Shown here piece by piece: positions 25,201 to 38,800 of a DNA stretch of 64,000 nucleotides. The notes beneath the pieces are model-generated. The model searched no databases, was not told where the DNA came from, and saw only the letters and a list, made by a program, of their open reading frames with translations. This DNA comes from Oculina patagonica (taxonomy: Eukaryota), in the NCBI RefSeq assembly GCF_052425735.1, contig NC_135758.1:24304001-24368000 (forward strand), in the 5' to 3' direction. How positions within the stretch are numbered: the stretch's first letter is position 1; the number at the start of each line of letters is the position of its first letter. Made by a program: the position numbers and the translations under genes.

Positions 25201-28200
25201 CTGGATAAAAAGAACAAAGAAGAAACAGCTAGTCATAAAACAGAAATAGCCGAGTTGAAAGAAGAAATAAAGAAGCGGGAGAAATGGATGGACGAAAACA
25301 AGAACAAATATGAAAAAGATGCGGCCAAGCTCAAGGAAATTATTGCAAAGATGAAAGAAGACCTCGAGCAGAAAAACGTGCAACTGGCAGCAACAGAGAA
25401 AGACCTAGATCGAGTACAAAACAGCCTTAAAGAAAGCCAAGAAGAATTTAATGCACAAGTAGCCGCGCTGCAGAAGAAAATCGCTGAGCTGGAAAAGGAA
25501 AAGAAGGCTCTTTTTGGTCGCGTACAAAGTCTTGAACTAACCAAGAAGGAGATTGTAGCTAGGTACGAAGAACGGATTATCAAGGAACGAAAGGAAATTG
25601 AAGTAAAATGTGGGTTACAAGTATCGAAACTCCAAGAGTCGCTAACTAAAGAAGCACAAGAGAAAGGCAAGCTCAAAATTGAGATTCAAGAGCTTTCGAT
25701 AGAAGTGACAAATTGGAAAACAAAATACAGCAATGCAGAGGAAGACTATGCAAACAATATGGCAAATTTAAGGAACAACCATGAGAAGGAAATGAATGAC
25801 CAGACAAATGAATACGAAGATGCCTTGGCCAGTTTGAACAAACGGCTAGAAGAACAGAAGTCAACCAATGAGGTACTGGAAATAGAAAAGAAGGAGCTTA
25901 CTGCATCGGTCGAAGAACTGACGATAACTGTGTCAAGACTCGAAGAAGAAGCAAGCAGACAAAACCTTGAATGGGAGAAGGAACTCTACGAATTTATAAA
26001 CCAAATTGAGAAACTTGAAGACGAAAACAGAAAGCTGAGCAATGAATCGGAACAACTGCGATTGAAATTAGAAGAAGCTGAACGACTTCGAAACGAAAAT
26101 GAAGAGCTAAATAAAACCGAGATTAATCAATTTAATTTGAAAATTCAAGAGTATGAGACAAAGTTAAAAGCTTCTGTGGAGCTCGAGATTGCAAACCGTG
26201 AGATGCTTAACGAAATTACACGCTTACGATCTCAACTTGAGGGTCTGACATCTAAGGAAAACAAACTCAACCAGGAAAATGGCGAGTTAAAGTTAAAGAT
26301 AACAGAGCTGGAGTATCTCAACAAAAGACTGACAGAAGAATTAGATTCACTGGCCAAAAAGCTTTCAGACTCCGAGGAAGGATCCAAACGGGAAATAGAG
26401 CAACTCAAAGAAAACTACGAGGCCGAAGAAGCAAAATGTACCAGTGAAAAAGACAAAGCATTGGCAGAAGTACAACGACTGCAAAAGGTTATTAGTGAAC
26501 AAGAAAGCGTTATTAGACGCTTGAAGGATTCCATGAACTCTGTTGAGGAAGAAAAGAAGAGAAACGAAGAGCGTTTCAATTTTGAATTACAAAGCTTACT
26601 AGAGAAGTACGAGAGTGAAAGAAAGAAGGCTGAAACCCTAAGGGCAGAACTACAACAGAAGTCTTACATCTTCGAGGAAAAGAACCGAGAATGGAAACGC
26701 AAAACAGATGAGATCATGTACAGACATCGAGAAGAAATAGAGAACCTTACAAAAGAAAAGAAAACTCTGGAGGAATATTATGAGAAGCAATTAAAGGATT
26801 TGAAAGAAGAAGCAACAAACGAAAGGGAGTTGTGTGAAAGGAAACTGAGTCAACTCGAGCAAACGTACAAGCACGAGATCAACACAGTTAGATATGAGCG
26901 CGAGCAATACTTCAGAGAGGTAACCAGCAAGGAGATAGAGAAAGTCCAAAAAGAACTTGAAAAGGAAAAGAACGACGTGCAACAAGAGCTCCTGTCGGAA
27001 AAGAAACAGCTTATCGAGGAGTACAACAAGAGAATACAAGAAGATAACAAGAGGTATAATCAAAACGAAGAGAAGTATAAGGCCGAGGTAGCCGCCCTAA
27101 CAAGGACCAAGTCTGAGCTGGAGAGCAAGATCTACGACTTAGAGAGGACGGTTGAGAGGACCAAAGAGCAGTTGACTTATCGCTTTACAGAAGAACGTCG
27201 AAAGATCGAGTATGAATTAGAAATTCAGTTGAGAGAGGTCAAAGAAAAACACAGGCTGGAACTCATAGAACGTTCCGAAACAGACAAGATCAATATGGAA
27301 ACAAAATTCAAGACCAAAACAGAAGAATTGGAAGAGAAAATTCGCCTTGAATACCAGGCTACGATAACAATGGAAGTTTCAGTGCGTGAGAGGCAACTGC
27401 AAGACTCTCTCTACAAGCTGGAAAAAGAATTTCGTACAGAAAAGGAACAGTTGCTGGAGACGGAAAGAAAACTGAGGATGCAAAACGAGATGTTGTTAAG
27501 AGAGAAGGATTCTTTGCTTCAACAAAGCCAGAGGGATAAAGATGAACTGTCAGGAAAATTGGAACATGAAAAAGAATTGCTCAATGTCACCCTGGAGGCT
27601 ATGTCCCGAGAACTTTCTAAGATGAGAGAAGAAAAGGCTTATCTCTCCGACTCTTTCTCGAAGGAGAAAAAAGAGCTGGAGAAGAAGTACGAAACAGAAA
27701 TGGCAGAATGGAGGAACAAGATTGAAAGAGGAAAGCAAGAACTGATGAACAGACTTCGCGAAGAAAACAAACAAGCTGCTCAAGCTTACCAGAGATCAGC
27801 AGACGCAACAATCGCTGGGCTAAAGGACAAACTCGCCAAGGCAGAAAGAAAGATCATAGAAATGGAAGAACATTTCAAGAAAGAAAAGAGCAAGTTAGAG
27901 CATCAATTCGAGCACGAAAAATTGGAAAACGAGCAAAAAACTCAGAAGATTACTCAAGAGCTGAAAATTTTCCTGGAGCAAGAATTTTACAAGAGGTCAC
28001 AAGACGAAAGGAGGATCTACGACAATACCTTATCGACCTTGAGAAGCGAAATATTCGAGCTCCAGGAAAGCAAGACACGACTTGAACGTGCTTTGTCCGA
28101 ACAACAAATGATTGCCTATAGCCTTGGGAGAGACATCAATTCGCTTAAGAGTGAGACTCAAGTGACAAGTCCAAGAAAACCAGAACAAAGCCTCCTCGAA

Positions 28201-30833
28201 CGAGAACTCCAAGAACTAAGGCACAAAAACGAAAAGTTGAAAATTGCAACAAAAGAGGCGCAGTACTACAACAGAGAACTCGTCCAGTGGGACAGTGCAG
28301 GAAAGAATTGTCCAGTTTTGAAAACTGCTCAGGGATTAAAGACCATGGCCGTAGCCCCCAAACCTCCTGTATCATGCTTTGAGCCTTACAACAACGGAGA
28401 TCAAAAGGTAAATACCTATACATTATCGTGCAATATTAGAACGTTTTGGCGACATATCAGGCAGATGTTGGTCGAGTCATGCGTCGTATTTTCGAGAGAC
28501 CCAGTGTAGAGAAAATTCACATGCCAGTGATAAAAGTTCTGGGAATAGTTTAGCTGTTTTTTTAGGTACTGCATTTTAACGAATTTAACGAGTTTTAGTT
28601 CGAGCTATCGGATTAAGCTGACGCGGATATGGGCTGCTTAAAATGAGCTAACCAGGGGCGGATCCAGGGGGGTGGATTGGGTGGCTAGCCACCCCCCTTG
28701 ATCCACCAGAAAAATGAAAATAAACATATTAAATAGAAAATAAGGACAATTTCCATCCAACTTTCATAGTCAGGCGGCCGTTCAAAGTTAAGAAAGGCTA
28801 TTTTTCCAAAATAGGAGATTTTCGACAGCCTGTTTTACAAACTTCTGGCTTAATGTAGCAACACATGTGTGTTTAATTTTAAAAAGTTAGATTCCTTTTA
28901 ACTTTCAAGAGTTGTTTTAGCCTTGCTGGAATGACTTCGTCTCCATTTACATCCTTTTTAAACGAGTTTTCGTACCGTTTATACGCATCGAAGCGATTTC
29001 ACAAGCAAACGAAGTCGCCAAAGTTGCCCCCAGGCCACTTTGACAAGGGCTAAAAATTTTCACGCACGTGGGTTAGCAAAAAAACGCATATCTGTTTTTT
29101 CCTGTAAGTTCGTGGCTTGTCAACTTTAAATTTCAATCACTGTTCATGTCATAAGAACTAGACTTTTCTCCAAAATATAACTCAAGGTAAGTTAAAGAAA
29201 GAATATTTTGCCAAATTATCAAGGAAAAACAGTGGTTTAATAACTTAATTGATAGCTGTATAAAGCTGCTCAGAATGGCGGAAATCGCGTCTAAGAGGCT
29301 TCAACTTTTCAAAATTTTCTGAGGGGGGCATGCCCCCAGACCCCCCTAGGGGGATGGAGCCTTCGCCGCCATTAAATATGAGCCTCAGACCAAAAATCAT
29401 CTGCACTCCCACTTCAAAAAACTGCCTGAAAGCTCGAAACCCCGCTCATAAAAAACAAACTGGCGCTTGAAAAGTATAGTAAACAAAAAAACCAGCCACC
29501 CCCGTTTGAAAAATCCTGGATCCGCCCCTGCTAACGAAATAACGGAGAAAGGACATATAAATTATGTATGGATTTTGTATTGGACCGGTAGCAGTCATTA
29601 ATTTAAGAAAAAAAAACTGGGATTATTAAGGTAACCTTATTTATAAGTGTAGTACTCTGACTAGCGAAATTGAATGAATTTTTAAGTATCCCCACTTTCC
29701 TCTTTGCTTTTTAGAAGAAAATTAGTAATAGGTTCGTACCCAACTAAAATCATTATATTTTTTAAGCCTTCAGTCCCAAGCCCAAGATACTCTAACGACG
29801 ACTCAGCTCGAGCATCTGGGCAAAAAAGCGTTACCTTGCAAACAAACAGTGACCGAATGGAGAAAGAGTTTGAGAAACTGGGCGAAAAGCTGGATTACCT
29901 GGAAAACAGGAAAACTGAGCTAATGCAGGAGGTAATATACATTAAACTGTACTTTTTTAAAAGAACTGTGCTCGTTTTTACACGAATAGATATCAAAATT
30001 AATGGGCAGTCATGACAATGCGTTGAAGCAAATATTTTCAGCTGGTCCTAAGAAAGAAAAAATGGGCTTATAAAGCCAATTTCATTCTGACCTTGTGATA
30101 GAAAGCTCTTTTTAGTGCACAATCCTTTTTTACGCCCCCTCTCTAATAAGCCCCTTTCTGGCTCCTCTGGCAATTCAAGTTATTTTAATAATAAGCCCTC
30201 CTCTATTCAGTTCCCCTCTTTCCAAGATGGTCCATCATGAAAATGAGAACCAGCCGTGAGGGCAACTTTATGTTTTTGAAGCTATTCATCCACGCTTACA
30301 TTTTATAGTAACCAATTAATCTCAAATTTTGTGTTACTAACCAGCACTAAAACATTAAAAAGTCGACTTAATTTCCTTTGTATGAGACTTGACGATATAT
30401 GGTTGAAGAAAGCCCCCCTCGCTAATAAGGCCGCCTTTCAAACCCCCTGAGGGCCTAATAGACCTGCCGATATATGGTTTGAAGTATAAAGCCCCCCTGT
30501 CTAATAAGGCCTTCTTTCAAAACACCCGTGGGCGAAAGTAAAGTCAAATCATGGATTGAACTTTTTTCACACTGGAGCAACAAGCGCTCTATTATCAACC
30601 GAAAATTGTATAAATATGAGTCAAAATGAGATCATAGGTAGACAGATTCTTCCTGTTTTTTTTTTTCTTAAAGTTTTTCATGTTTATTCACTTTTTAGCA
30701 GCAGGCTGATGACCAAACGGCTCGTCCAGTAGGAAGCTCGTCTGTGACAAATACAGTTCGTATGTACAGCAGCAGTAGTAGCCATCAACTAGGACGGACA
30801 GATTCGTCGTCTGGACCCAACTACTACTTTTAA
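22251..30833 (+). CDS. Giant coiled-coil protein (~2150 aa), paralog 3. Exons 22251-28407 (one +1 frameshift near 23068), 29767-29931, 30699-30833
   Basis: ORFs 22137 and 23050 join by removing one T in TGCTTTCACG. AAG|GTAAAT at 28408; tttaag|CCT at 29767; GAG|GTAATA at 29932; ttttag|CAG at 30699. Ends ...SSGPNYYF*. Confidence 0.85.
28653..29530. mobile_element. Non-autonomous hAT-like DNA transposon in an intron of paralog 3
   Basis: 16-bp TIR CAGGGGCGGATCCAGG / CCTGGATCCGCCCCTG, a direct repeat CTAAC on both flanks, and subterminal AGCCACCCCC motifs. Confidence 0.85.
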
Positions 30834-32362
30834 ACTAATTTAATAAGCTAAAAGCATATAATTCTAACTCCTGAAATGCAACCTCTAGTTTATTGACATA
30901 TGGTTGTAACATCTAATATCAGAGCTCAACAGTTAGTCTATTTATATGTTTCTAACATTGAATAACAGGGTCCAACATTAAATCTATCAGTTGGCCTGGA
31001 ATTAATTGATATTGGGTTGATTAATATCGACTTTCAGAATTCATTCTCTATTCTTTTCATACTAAGTTTACTAAGTTTGAAGTCTGTGGATGAAATGCAG
31101 TTGCGTAATCATTAAATGAAAGTTCTTGAGCAGTGCTTTCGTTATTTGAAAGAGTTGTTCTGTATAGCCAAAAGACGACCTTACTATTTAAGGTTAAGAG
31201 GCGGAATCTGATGATGGCTAAGGCAAGTTTATTTGCTTTTCTACAACATGCCATTAGGCAGTCTACCATTAACACTTAATGTAACAGTTAATAGAATCAA
31301 AGCAATATATAATCATGACTTCAGCTTATTGATTCGTAAAGTTCTAATTTATATTGTCCTACAAAGGGTTATTCTTGTTTGAATCAAACTCCTTATTGTA
31401 AGTTGATTGTTTCTATGAGAACTACTATTCTGACGTTCAGTTCCACTTAGTCCATTTTTCCAAATTGACGGTCAATTTTGGCTATTTAAAAAAGTTGTTA
31501 AAACTATTCAATTGAATTTTTCCACTCGGAAATTGAGCTCGTATTATTGATATACAATAGTTTCAATGGTGGGATTTCCGAAGCTACATGCTTTGATATT
31601 CCTAACTAATTAAACGGAAATATCATTTTAAGTTAAACCATAATTGTTTTTCTTAGGAAATTATCACAGAACATATGGCTCGGTAGATATTGTTTCAATA
31701 CGAATATAATCAAATTTCACTAGTAGTTATGGGCATATTTACAGCCTCTTTAAAATTTGTAGGACTTTTGAATGTATATGTATGTAATTTAGGTGGTGGC
31801 TAAAATAAACTAGCAGTTTGAGGGTGCCTTTATGTACTCATATTTAATGGGGTGCAAATATGTACCATGTGCACCCATATTTTATAGGCAACCACGTACG
31901 ATGTACGCAATTTTTAAAAATATATATAAACAGTTGTGATAATTTGTTAACATTTTTTCTTTCACTTTGTTTCGTGTAAATTGCTTTTTAAAACTATGAT
32001 AATTCCAAACCTTTTGTAAAAAAGACTGGTAATTCAATATCTATTTAGATATGTTTAGAATGTACTTCCAGGGGAGAACACTTGTGAACTTTAATTTCTG
32101 TGAAACTTACATATTTACTGAAACTGAATGAAATAATCATTGGATATATTTTCTATAGGGACCTTGTTTCGAGGTTATCACTTTACATAACGGTATCTTC
32201 TACTTTTACGGAAGACAGATACGATTTTCATTACCAAAGCAAATCGGGGTCCATCTTAGAGACAGTTGTTTGTTATTGCAATAAAGGTGCATTGAATTTA
32301 CAAGTTGACTATTTGTTTATAACTGAGTCGTCCGTACAAAGTAAAGTAAATGTCTAGCACGC

Positions 32363-32363
32363 C

Positions 32364-32414
<51 letters not shown>
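32363..32414. repeat. (CAA)n microsatellite
   Basis: About 17 perfect CAA units, intergenic. Confidence 0.95.
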
Positions 32415-32415
<1 letters not shown>

Positions 32416-34462
32416 GCAACTGCATCAACAACAATAACAACGGATAACAAACTGTTGTAACGCGGTTACACAAGAAGAGAAATAACGATCGATATTTTTT
32501 TAAAAAGGCGTTTTGTATTCCTGTTTTTTTTTTTTTAAGGAAGTGGATCTAACAAAAGGAACATGTGCCCAGCAGAAAATGGCTAAAATATTATGGGCTG
32601 TTATTTAAGACCTTTTAAAATCGAACGGTAGCTGACGGTATGTAACAAAGAACCATTTTAAAAGTATGTTTTACTCAGGGCGAGGCCTTGTTAACATACG
32701 TTCGTCTGTAGGGACGCCTTGTGACATCAATGACCAAGTTCTCCCCTTTACACTGAGGGTCCGCTCTGAAATGGAAGAGGGTATCCATTTAGTTGTGGAG
32801 CAGTGCCAAAAACAGCGAGTGAGAAAAAGACGAAGAAACGCCTCGCCTTCAGTTTCTCGCGTCCCACTCCAGCTAACCGAAAACTTCGAAAAGGCCTAGT
32901 GACGCTTATTAAATATTGGCAGCTTATGGGAAGGTGCCTATTGGGGCGCGACAGGGTGGTTATGTCCTTTGGCATAAACACCTTAATGTGTAAAACGGAG
33001 AAGCTTTGTTTTGTTTCAAGGCCCTCACATGAAATAGACATGCAGTCGACACACATAGAAAAAACAGTTATTCTAAAAATCTGGGATATAACTAAAACAG
33101 AATAGGGGCACTTATTGTTGCAGGAGTACCTAAGTAATAAGAGCCCTTTTTGACAAAAACACATTCAACCAGGGCGCTTATTAGATGGGGGGGGGGGGGG
33201 GGGCGCTTTCTCAAAGCTGGGCACTAAATCGAATCATTGCGGTATTCTGAAGTAGAGCCAAGAGTCTCAACCAATAACACGAGAGTGATGTGGCAAATGT
33301 CCAAAACCACCTTAGTTGCAGAAAAGTCGGTTTTCTCGGAGATGAAAGTGTCACCCTACAAAAACACTTAAGTCGCACGTTACATATATATAGTCCTAAA
33401 ACCTTATTTCTCCTCAGTGTCAATTCAAAGCCATAGTTGAAATTAAAGAGAATAAAGGAACTTATCGTGAAGAGTAAACTTTGTTGATCGATGAAGTAAT
33501 AAATTATTCGAAGTGCAGAGAGATAAATGGGGGACTGTTCATATGTCAACCGTAACAGGGCTAAGATTGTTGTTTTGCCAAGCACCTTCATGTGGTATCT
33601 CCACTGTCTGGGGGCAGGGGTCAAACGTCTTGAGTCAAAGCCAGCGCTCCATAGTATGCTATTCAGGACTATTTTAAGCAATGCTTAGACTGCGGAAAAA
33701 CGAACGAAATAAAAGACATTCTAACACTTTTTATTCCATGTGCGATTGATCTATTGTTTTTAGTCAGTATTAATACAATACGTATCAACTTAAATTTTGA
33801 CTTGACGTTTGTTCAACGTCGAAACGTCGTCTTAATATGTTTTTAAAAGAGCAGTGTGAAGATATTTTCAGCCATTTTTCTGATTACTTCCAGATTGAAG
33901 GAAACTTCAAAATAATAGTCTACTTACATAAAAAAGCATCCAAGGAGTAAACAAAAACGTGAAAATATGCAAGGACGGTTTGGACTGACGAAGATTAAGA
34001 GAGATTACGAACAACAAACTTAAAAAAAACTTGCTTTCGTTTCGAGACAATTATCCTTTCTGCTATCATCTACGCGTTTATTTTGCCATTCCTGACGACT
34101 TAAGCTGAAGCAACACGTGGATAGCTAAAGCTGACTTCTATAAAGGAGTGAATAATTATTTAATTTCAGTTTCTTTTGACCTGGGGTCTTTCCATCATTG
34201 GCTAATCTGAGAGTCTAACCTGGCATTGTGTGGGGGGATAGAAGATATAAACTGGCAACGACTCCAGTAAATATTAATTTTCCATTTAAAATGTATGCAC
34301 GTCCATGTTTATCTGTTGATATCGATGCTTTATCTTTCTCCCGAATTTTTCTAATTAACTTTCACAATATGAGTGCTGACCCTGTGTCTCCTGAGCTTTT
34401 CTTGGCATGTAAATGTCGTTCAATTTTTTCGGTCCAATTTCCCATACCATATGCTTAAATCT

Positions 34463-34748
34463 CCTCCGGGGTTGGGGTGACTCCACGGACGGGGATGCTC
34501 GTCGGAAATTTTAAAAAGAACCGCTAAAAGAGACCAATCTAGGTGTGGCTCAACCTTTTGTTGACTCCTAAAAGATACCAAAAAACTAAGAATATAATTA
34601 ATATTTGTATATTTCTTCGTGTGTAACCCTAAACAAGACCATTATGGCTAAAAGTATTGACGTTTTGTCCGTAACACCTTAAGCGAGACCAAAAATCCCC
34701 GTCACTTTAATATGCGAGTCCCCCCTACCTTCCCCCTCCCCCCGCGGG
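34463..34748. mobile_element. Degenerate MITE with G/C-rich termini
   Basis: CCTCCGGGGTTGGGGTGACTCC ... GAGTCCCCC...CCCGCGGG, flanked by the near-direct repeat TTAAATCT / TAAAATCT. Confidence 0.5.
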
Positions 34749-35878
34749 TAAAATCTCATCAGTTTTACTCTACGGGGGAAGTACTTTGCATGTAATCATT
34801 GAAGAATTTAACTGTCAACTGTTTCTCAGCAGCATATCGTTAAAGATTGTTCCAGCAGTGATATGGCGTGACGCATGTGTCAGACTGATAGCTGATAGTC
34901 TTTGACCGGATTTGACTCAATGCGTCATTGCAAGGAGAGCTGAAGGAAGACGAAAGCCCTCACGTTTCCGAAAAATTCTGATTGAAATAAGTTTGGTTTA
35001 CATTTAACGCGTCAAGGATTGTCCACGGAAACCGGTACGTTAAGCTGTTAAGTTCAGCTGTATACCTATTGATCTGTATGCCATTGCTGAGATGTAATCA
35101 TAATTTTATTTATAGCTTCACGGTTAGCTACCGACTATGTGACTAAAGCTATTACGTGTGTTTATACGTGACTCCGTCTGTAAGGATATTTCCCTTAGAG
35201 TGTACATAAGATATATAGGACAATATTACACAGTACAGTACACAGCTAAACGGGCGCGGTACACTAGATAGTCGATGAAGTATTATTTAGCAACGAACGC
35301 CTGGCAATTGTTTACCAAATAGCCTAGCTAGCCTGAGGCAAATGCCCTTTTACACATTTGGCATCGATCCTCAAAACACCAAATATAAACATGATAAACT
35401 ATCCTTGCTGATTGCAACACATTTCCTTGTTTGGCGTCCCAGAATTAATGATTTTCTTCTATCTCTTCAACTGTCTGTTTGTCAATATTATAAGGCGTAG
35501 TCAATCGATAATTGATAAAAATCGACAATCGCTTGAGATCGGTAGTCATTAACAATCGATAAAGATTTGCGGATATCGATTAATAGGAGAAATCTGAAAA
35601 CGAAATTCTCGGGCGCATATTTAATTTATTAGTTTGATAAACAGTAAATGAAAGTACCATAGGTTCACTTCAGCTTTCACGTGGACATTCTTTCCATCTT
35701 TGCTGAATCAGGAATTCATTTATGATAAAACTCACAAGTTTGGAGTTTAGTGGTTGGTCTTACGTAAATATACAAAAGCTATTTGAAATTTCGAGTATGT
35801 TCCCTCAATCAATTGCTTTCTTCGGTTCGGAAGATGTTGAACATAATTGATCCTTTTATTTCCTAGAAAATAAAGAGG

Positions 35879-38800
35879 ATGGCATTTTTCACGTCCGTGT
35901 TAATTCACACATTTATCCTCGTAGGATTTTCTACCTACACCCTTGTTGCAGGTGAGAAATGAATTTTGTTATTTTTAGATCGAGAAATTAAATATAATAC
36001 AATGACATAGTAACTTCCGAAAAACTGAAATAGAAATTTGTGTGTTTTTTTTATATAGATTTACCTACTGGAAATTATGCTTTACCAAAAGAAACTTTTT
36101 TCTTTAAAAGAATCATAAATTTTTAAGCTCAAGCCGTCGTTTGTTTCATCACGGAACTGTCGTATCGAGTGAATTTCTTCACACAAAACGCCCGCTTTTC
36201 TGCCAACTCAGTACCTATGAAAGATCAAAGGCCGTACATCATGTAACGTATTTGACTGTAAGACACGTCTTTTATCATACACCATGAATTCGAGCAACCA
36301 CACTTTATTTTTTAAGCTTTATTTCCTGCACGACAAGGATTAAGTTTGTTTCCAGCTAAGTCAATGTAAGTCTCATTATTCTAAGGAGATCTGACACCGT
36401 TTACAACCGGTACCGAATTGAGCGGTATGCAGGACAAGTGTCACTAATTAACTTTGTAAATATCCTCGCTCGCCACCAGTCTTCCTGTACGTCAGTCACT
36501 TAAGGTCATTAAAGCATCCGATCACTACGTGGAAGGTCATGGGCTCAACCTGCGTTGGGACTCACGTCTCACTTCTTACTGGGCTGTTCTTAATTGTGAA
36601 TGCCAATTCAATAAAAAAGGCATGATGATACTCATTGTGAATCGTTTCTTCATAGTCCCGTACTGCACAGGAAATCAGTGTGACGTGACGAACTGTACAT
36701 CCAATCCGTGCAAAAACGCTTCACAGTGTGTGGATCACACTAATGGATTCTCTTGTGTATGCAAACCTGGCCTGACCGGAAAGTTATGCGATGTGGAATA
36801 CAACGAGTGTGACTCTACTCCATGCCAAAACGGTGGAACATGCGCAGAAGGCGTCAACCGCTTCACATGCACCTGTGCGCGCGGATTCACTGGTGTTACC
36901 TGCGAGAAGCGAACAGGGGATTGTACTGACCCACCAAGTGTAGCCAATGGGAAGGTCAGGTCTACAAAGTCATATGCCCTGTACACGTGTAACAATGGCT
37001 ACAAGACAATCGGGCTTCGCTTCATCAGGTGCAACGGAGGGAAGTGGGTTGGAAAGCCTCCCACGTGCCAGGCTAGTGAGTATCAAACAAACTATATTCA
37101 CTATAGCCGGTTGCCGATGTTATAATGCAAATTACCCATGTGGTTTCCCAGGGGGACTATCGTAATTTGTTTTGTTTCCCTTTAGAAATCATAAAAACAA
37201 ACAATGGCCGCTATCGTAAATTTAACCTGTGGCTATAAGATCGTTGAAAAACATCCAAGTTCCAGAGGTTTTTCCCTTCAACTTAAGGAAACCTGGGCTA
37301 CGGAAAGAAAGAAGAAAGAAGCCAGAAAACCTCTGGTAGGGTCAAACTGGTTGCAAACAAAGCACACGAATACTTGGTTGCATTGTTTGAAATACGGTAA
37401 AAGTGTCATAGCTTTCTTACGTAGTTTGAAAGGTGTCGGGGAGAGACTTATTATGAACATAATAAGTCTAATAAACCTTGTATTTCTGTTGATGAATTCT
37501 ACGTAACTAGCAATGCGAAATGTTTCTAGTACTTGGGGGATAATGCAATGTTGCAAGCTTTATTCCCGTTTCCTCGATGTTTAAAGATCCATTTCTTTGA
37601 ACTATCATAGTTAACATGTTAAAAGAAGAATTATTGAAAACATTAGTTTATTATTCGTCTTCCTGACAACAGAAGCAACACGTCAATTATGTCAAAGACC
37701 TCAGGGTATAAGCCACGGATACTTTGAACCGCAGGATGAGGACTTCACTGTTGGTTCAACTGTCAAGTACTTTTGTAACGACAAGTACCGTCTCAGAGGC
37801 AATGTGGAGCTGACTTGCACTGAGAATGGAAAGTGGTCACCGAAACAACTGCCTCGTTGTACAAAAAGTAAGTAAAAGATCTTATTTAAGTAGTTTGTTT
37901 AATGTAGTCTCTTTATGCAGGGATGGTTTTGCGCCAGAGAGCGTTTTTCACAGGTAATGTGTTAATAGTCAAACTCTCACTGATTCTGTTCTGCACACGC
38001 GTCTCAGATTTCTACAGTCAATGGGAAAAGTAATCAAGGAAAATGATAATTACCTTTTGATTAGGGTCAAACTTCTGCCTGTGAAGGAATTAGAGAACTT
38101 ATATAAGAACGCTGACGTTTGATGGGAAATCGCCACGTTTGGCTTTACCTGGCTTTACCTGAGCACAATTATTAAACATATGCTATCTGTGCTACCTATT
38201 TAACCTTTTTAACCTTTGTAAGTAATGTTAGTATTGTAAGAAGATTTGTTGTTCTCAATAAAAAAAAACCTTTTTAAACACCATATTCTTTTTACCCAGA
38301 GACAAAGTGCCGAGATCCAGGTATCCCGAAACATGGTCGCCGTGATGGAAGTTTGTTTTTAGAAGGAACTCAAGTTCGTTTTTCTTGTGATGAAGGATAT
38401 GAACTTGTCGGTCTTAGTTCCCTCCGATGCGTTCCTTTGTGTCGTTCATGTAAGACTGTTCGATGGAACGGAACTACACCAACCTGCAGGAAAATAGGTA
38501 ACTACGTCTTATGCATAAAGTTATGGTCATACAACCCCTTACTACAAAGGTCAACCAGTCAGCCGGTCGGTCGGTCGGTCGGTCGGTCAATAGCGCAAAT
38601 GGTATCACTAAGTGACTACTGATTCAAAACTCTTGACATTAACGGCGTTTCCACTTTTTTTCAGATCCTTTAAAAAGCCTGAAGAGGGTTGCAGAAAGCC
38701 TTCGTGAACATTTTATTGACAAATTGAGCTGGATGACAACCGACAGCTTGGCTCGGGCGGGATTATCCTCGGGTGCTGGAGGCCTCGATCTGGTGTTCGT

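Noticed and set aside
30130-30535. Repeated AAGCCCC..CTAATAAG motifs
   Set aside because: Probably decayed MITE subterminal repeats; the ends and TSD could not be defined.
32666-33681. Intergenic ORFs of 77-156 aa
   Set aside because: No recognisable motifs or consistent splice structure; they overlap repeat fragments and a poly-G run.
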